Assembly: GCA_963749085.1 (NCBI GenBank)
Contig: CAVVLG010000003.1
Coordinates: 5,432 to 69,431, forward strand
Origin: Candidatus Adlerbacteria bacterium
GTDB taxonomy: Bacteria; Patescibacteriota; Minisyncoccia; Phycocordibacterales; SBAW01
Length of the DNA: 64,000 bases
Reading direction: 5' to 3'
Below are positions 59,763 to 64,000 of this stretch, one piece after another; within the stretch, counting starts at the first letter, position 1, and every line of letters begins with the position of its first letter. Position numbers and translations under genes: made by a program. Under the pieces are notes generated by a model. The model did no database searches. It saw only the letters and a list, made by a program, of their open reading frames with translations, and was not told the DNA's origin.

Positions 59763-61038
59763 ACGGTACGAGGTTTATGCGCCACAGATAATTGAGGGAC
59801 ATGAGCGCGAACAGGATAGTAGAGGAGAGACGACGAGCATGGTAGTGATAGCACCGAGCGAGTCGTGGCTGAAGGAGATGAGAGCCACTTCAATGACAAT
59901 GCCAAGCGCAAGAAGGTACATGAAAGAGGTGTTGCGGATGGCGACGAAATAGTTGATGAGCGCGGTTGCGAGCGCAATACATCCCATTGCAACCGAGAAG
60001 AGCCCCAGATGCGCCGCTATAGGCAGATACCGTGCGCCGAAGAGCTGCCAAAACGAAGAAATTGGGAAATGCGGAGAACAATGCCCACACACACATAGAA
60101 GCCACCGTAATGATGAACAGGGATAGTGCAAGAATGTGTTTCTCTTCTCCCTTCCCCCTTGCATGAGCTGCCGAGGCCATGGGCAGAAGCACCGTCGTGA
60201 ACGCACCGATGCCATAGATGATGATTTTGCCCACAGTTGAGAGCGCCCCGTACTGCCCGGCAAGGAGGGGTGGGAGAAAATGCTTCGCCAAGAGCACGTC
60301 TATATTAGAGAGCAGCGCCAAGAGAAAGGTGGTAAGGAGGATGGCTGAGAATAAGGTGCGTATGTTCCGCGCATCAAGCAGAGGCCGCACTGTGCTTTTA
60401 TCTGCGCCAAGCTTTGCACGGGTGGCAAAATAGCCGTACATCCAGCTCGCAAGCTGTGCAAGTACGAGGGCGAACATCACGCCCGGTACCGAGAATCCCA
60501 TAAGCACTAGCAAAATAGCAACAAATAACTTAATAGCGGCATTCAGTGCGTTTTGCTTGGAGAGCATAAAAAACTCCTGGAGTCCCTGCAGCGTGCCTGC
60601 CTGCAACGCGCCGAGAGCCGAGAACGGAATAATGGCGCTGAAAATTAGAAGGGGCACATAAGGGATGTGAAGGAAATACGACAGGAGCGGGGTCAGTAGA
60701 AGAAAGAAGATCCAGAGCCCGAGCGCTGCTATTGCTACGTGCTTTCGAAGGAATAGGAAGAGTTCCCGCACGGCGCTGACCTCCCCATTGGAGCGGAATG
60801 CCACCTCCCGGGTCATCAACATTGTAAGAGCCGTTGAGGGAACGGAAATGACGAGAAGAAGACTTAACATTGCTGCAACTTCGCCGAACGCCTCTATACC
60901 CAATAGACGGCCCATGAGGAGCGTAAAGACGTAATTGAGAACATTGACAACAAAAGACCCGGCAAAAATGACCGAACTGGAGGAGAAAAACCCTGTATCT
61001 AGGAGGGTACTAGCAATGGCTGTATTCCGTAATTGCAT
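59762..61038 (-). pseudogene. Wzx-like oligosaccharide flippase with frameshifts
   Basis: Multi-TM MOP pattern, NIDVLLAKHF..GQYGAL; frame breaks near 60050 and 59825. Confidence 0.75.
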
Positions 61039-61102
61039 AAAAACCACCCTAGCGGTAGCGCCACATATATACCAAAACACCCCTTAAAAGTCATTAAGGG
61101 CC

Positions 61103-62428
61103 TTAGACTTTGTTTTTTGACCTATTTCGGTCGATAAACTCTTTATGCAAACGCTTCAAATCGACCCGGGACATCCCACGGAGTTTTTTGACCTCCCTTT
61201 CCGACAGCGCCATCAGTTCCATATCAAACGCCAGCACCTCAGGGTCCACCTGGAGCGCTTGCTCGTTGAGGCCCATAAGGCGAAGGCCGTCGAGGCTGCG
61301 GATGCGCGAGAGGGCGACGTAGCCCATGCCGGGCACGAAGGCTTTGGAAAGGTCCACCTCTGCCGCATCCAGGCTCATGCCTTGGCTTTTATGCACCGTG
61401 ATAGCCCACGCCAGTCGCAGCGGCACCTGGTGTATCTGTGCGAGTACTTGGCCATCCACCTCGTAGCGCCAGCTTTCTGGCAGGGCGGCTATCTCATCGC
61501 CTTTGCGGGTGCGCACGATGGGATTGCCTTGCTCGTCGAAGCGCTTCACTACGCCGAGCGTGCCGTTCACGTACCCGCGGTCAAAGTTATTTTTAACAAA
61601 CATGACGACCGCATCCTCCTTCAGCGTTAGCACCTCCGGCGCGAGACAGTTTTTCTTGAGATCTCTCACCAGCCTCTCCACCCCGCTGCTCTGCATCTCA
61701 AAGACCTTCGGCTTGCCTGGGAGCTCGGCCAGCTCAATGCTGTTGATGGCGTCGACGTTCATATTGTGTGTATAAAGGCGCGTGATTTTCTCCTGCATCG
61801 GCGCTTGGTGCCGGCGTTTGAGGATATGCATCGTCTCTTGGCCCACCGTGTTGGAACGGACGGCATTGAGTACAGCGAGATACTCGGGGCTCGTCTGGCG
61901 ATGCTGGCTGTCGAGGTAGCACACGCGTAAGTCCATTGCACCCCATGAATCGGACTTGAACGCGAAGTACAGTGACAGATTGCCTTCTTTGATGACCGGC
62001 GGCAGCTGGAAAAAATCGCCGCATAAAATCACCTGCATCCCGCCGAAGGGCTCGAAGTTGCCCTTCATCATGCGAGACACCTGCTGCACCAGGTCCAGCC
62101 GGTTGCAGTCGAGCATCGAAATCTCGTCTATGATGAGCACCTTCGTGTTGCGGAAGCGGACATTGAGGTAGTCCTTGTGGAACAGCTCGCGCAATTCCCT
62201 CTCGGTCATGGAGTCCTTGATGCCGATGCCCGACCAGGAGTGCACGGTCATCCCGTCCATGTGCGTCGCCGCGATGCCGGTCGAAGCGGTCACGGCTACT
62301 ACTACCTTCTTACCCTTGAGGTATTGAATGTACTGGTTAAGGAGATAGGTTTTACCGCTGCCCGCTTGGCCGGTAAGGAAGACATTACAGCCGGTCTTAA
62401 GGATGTTCAGGGCCTCGTCTTGGGTCAT
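61103..62428 (-). CDS. PIF1 family DNA helicase
   Basis: GQAGSGKT, IIDEISM, GDFFQLPP, AWAITVHKSQG, YVALSR. Confidence 0.93.
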   Translation of the reverse strand: MTQDEALNILKTGCNVFLTGQAGSGKTYLLNQYIQYLKGKKVVVAVTASTGIAATHMDGMTVHSWSGIGIKDSMTERELRELFHKDYLNVRFRNTKVLIIDEISMLDCNRLDLVQQVSRMMKGNFEPFGGMQVILCGDFFQLPPVIKEGNLSLYFAFKSDSWGAMDLRVCYLDSQHRQTSPEYLAVLNAVRSNTVGQETMHILKRRHQAPMQEKITRLYTHNMNVDAINSIELAELPGKPKVFEMQSSGVERLVRDLKKNCLAPEVLTLKEDAVVMFVKNNFDRGYVNGTLGVVKRFDEQGNPIVRTRKGDEIAALPESWRYEVDGQVLAQIHQVPLRLAWAITVHKSQGMSLDAAEVDLSKAFVPGMGYVALSRIRSLDGLRLMGLNEQALQVDPEVLAFDMELMALSEREVKKLRGMSRVDLKRLHKEFIDRNRSKNKV

Positions 62429-62496
62429 GTAGGGACAGCATACTGCTCCTGATGACATTGCGATACTCTGGCATTTTCGAACGTATAATGGAACAT

Positions 62497-62982
62497 ATGG
62501 AATCTACCGAACAATTTTCATACGACCTCATAAAAGGGAAAATCGCTGAACTTATTTTTGAATTAATGTTCAGGGATGTCGGCCGGTTTACGATTCTTCG
62601 TTTTGGGTATGAATATACCCTGCCCGAGTTAGCGCAATACCAACATTTAGTGGAGGTCAAAAAAGTCTTGGATAATATCAGGAATGCTCCCGATTTTGTC
62701 GTCATAGAAAAAAACGGAGACGGAAAACTGAACGTTTTTACCGTTGAGGTCAAATATAGGTCACATGTACGTTCAGACGAAATGAGAGAAATTGCGGAAT
62801 CTACACTTAAAACATGGAACCCGTCTTGGTTGTTTGTGGCGACACCGGCGGGGTTTTTCTTTGCGCCTTGTAGCCCCATCGCAAATAGCGGCGAAATAAA
62901 TCCCCTCTCGGATAATTGGGTGGAGCCGCGGATTAAGGCAAAATATCTCGAACTTCTGAGGGACTTCGAATTGAAGCACTAA
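62497..62982 (+). CDS. PD-(D/E)XK nuclease-like protein
   Basis: GKIAE..APDFVV..VEVKYRS. Confidence 0.7.
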   Translation: MESTEQFSYDLIKGKIAELIFELMFRDVGRFTILRFGYEYTLPELAQYQHLVEVKKVLDNIRNAPDFVVIEKNGDGKLNVFTVEVKYRSHVRSDEMREIAESTLKTWNPSWLFVATPAGFFFAPCSPIANSGEINPLSDNWVEPRIKAKYLELLRDFELKH

Positions 62983-63002
62983 TTAGATCCCGACATCATC
63001 CC

Positions 63003-63554
63003 ATGACACCCGTTGTAATAGCCGTATTAATAATTGGATTCATACTATTCTTAGTTATAAGCTATTTGGTCGGGAAAAATTCGGGGTATTTGGCGGGCCA
63101 AATTAAGGGCAAGGATGAGGGTATAGCCCAAGGAACGACAGACGGCTATACGAAAGGCTATCAGGACGCTGTAAAAAAAATCCCGCAGGAAAGAAAAGAA
63201 GCAGTAAAAGACTCGAGAGAAATTACGCGCGGAAATATTAATGAAGAGATTTCCGCGCTGTTGCCCCATTTTCCTGGTAATTTCTCTGAGGCGAGGCACG
63301 TAGGAAAACCGATTGATTTCTTAATCTTCAAAGGAATGGATGGGGGCGATATCACGGAAATCGGCTTTGTAGAGGTCAAAACTGGAAAGTCCGACCTGAA
63401 CACTAATGAAAGGAGAGTGAGGGATATCATACTTGAGGCGAAGGAAAAAGGCGCGAGATTGAAATGGGATATCTATAATCTAGACGAAGAAGTGGCAAAA
63501 AAACTCTCTGAGGAGCCAGCCACCACTGTATCAAGCACTCCTCCCGTCACATAG
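63003..63554 (+). CDS. Holliday-junction-resolvase-like endonuclease with N-terminal TM
   Basis: SR..RG..E..GKPIDFLIFKG..FVEVKTG. Confidence 0.8.
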   Translation: MTPVVIAVLIIGFILFLVISYLVGKNSGYLAGQIKGKDEGIAQGTTDGYTKGYQDAVKKIPQERKEAVKDSREITRGNINEEISALLPHFPGNFSEARHVGKPIDFLIFKGMDGGDITEIGFVEVKTGKSDLNTNERRVRDIILEAKEKGARLKWDIYNLDEEVAKKLSEEPATTVSSTPPVT

Positions 63555-63567
63555 GTCCAAACGCCGT

Positions 63568-63771
63568 TCAGCGGATTAGATAGGCGAACGTGAGAGGCTT
63601 AAATTTCATGCCCGATTCTCGCGCGATTCTTGCCCCCACGGCGTTCATCTGGGTGAGAATGGGCTCAGCCTCGGTGCGGGCCTGCTCATAGGTGATCTCG
63701 CCCTGTAGCAGACGTTGGCGGATATCGGCTATTTTGTTGCGGTTTTCGTTGGCTTGCGGGCTCATGCTCAT
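63568..63771 (-). CDS. small hypothetical protein
   Basis: 67-aa ORF, convergent with the resolvase-like gene. Confidence 0.5.
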   Translation of the reverse strand: MSMSPQANENRNKIADIRQRLLQGEITYEQARTEAEPILTQMNAVGARIARESGMKFKPLTFAYLIR

Positions 63772-64000
63772 ACCCGATTACTTCCCTGGTATTTTTGATC
63801 TTAATAAGATCGTCGCCAGCAGCACCAATCAATACTGCCAATAGCATGGGGTATCTTTTGACAACCTAAAAGGCACTAGCCTTGTTCATGTGTGAAGGAT
63901 GAAATTAAGTATCTCTACTATGATACCGCCTCCAATTAAACTCACAATATACCCGTATTCTTTTAGGCATTCATCGACAAATCGGAATGGATTGTAAACG

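Noticed and set aside
63777-64000. Possible partial gene at the right edge
   Set aside because: No sustained open frame recognisable within the window

Overview
This is a 64-kb window from a small-genome bacterium using genetic code 11. It is most likely Patescibacteria/CPR (Parcubacteria-like), inferred from a shortened RF2, a class F sortase, DUF5652-type membrane proteins, S/T-rich secreted proteins, scarce Shine-Dalgarno sites and -10 boxes sitting 5-8 nt before start codons. Core genes include rdgB, htpX-lemA, groES/EL, secG, RNase J, mutY, guaA, msrB, lexA, purB, a DEAD-box helicase, pyrG, ftsEX and prfB, plus six tRNAs (Ser-GGA, Gln-CUG, Thr-CGU, Thr-GGU, Asp-GUC, CAU). There are three accessory blocks. 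(1) An island 3' of tRNA-Ser (1-6847) carries a complete IS3-family element, an mTERF-like ORF, a structured RNA leader, secreted proteins and a TIR/NDT-like putative defence gene. (2) An AT-rich orphan PUA/EVE-like plus PD-(D/E)XK nuclease sits at ~38-39 kb. (3) A tRNA-Gln-linked cluster holds two DoxX/DoxD-like membrane genes. The best candidates for undescribed systems are a CooC-like ATPase plus SCO5389-like Cys protein pair divergent from a Zur-ZnuABC locus, an XRE-linked Met-rich peptide plus DipZ module with a perfect operator, and the four-stem RNA at 2596-2690. No CRISPR array or rRNA was seen. Family assignments are from motif recognition by eye; no searches were run.
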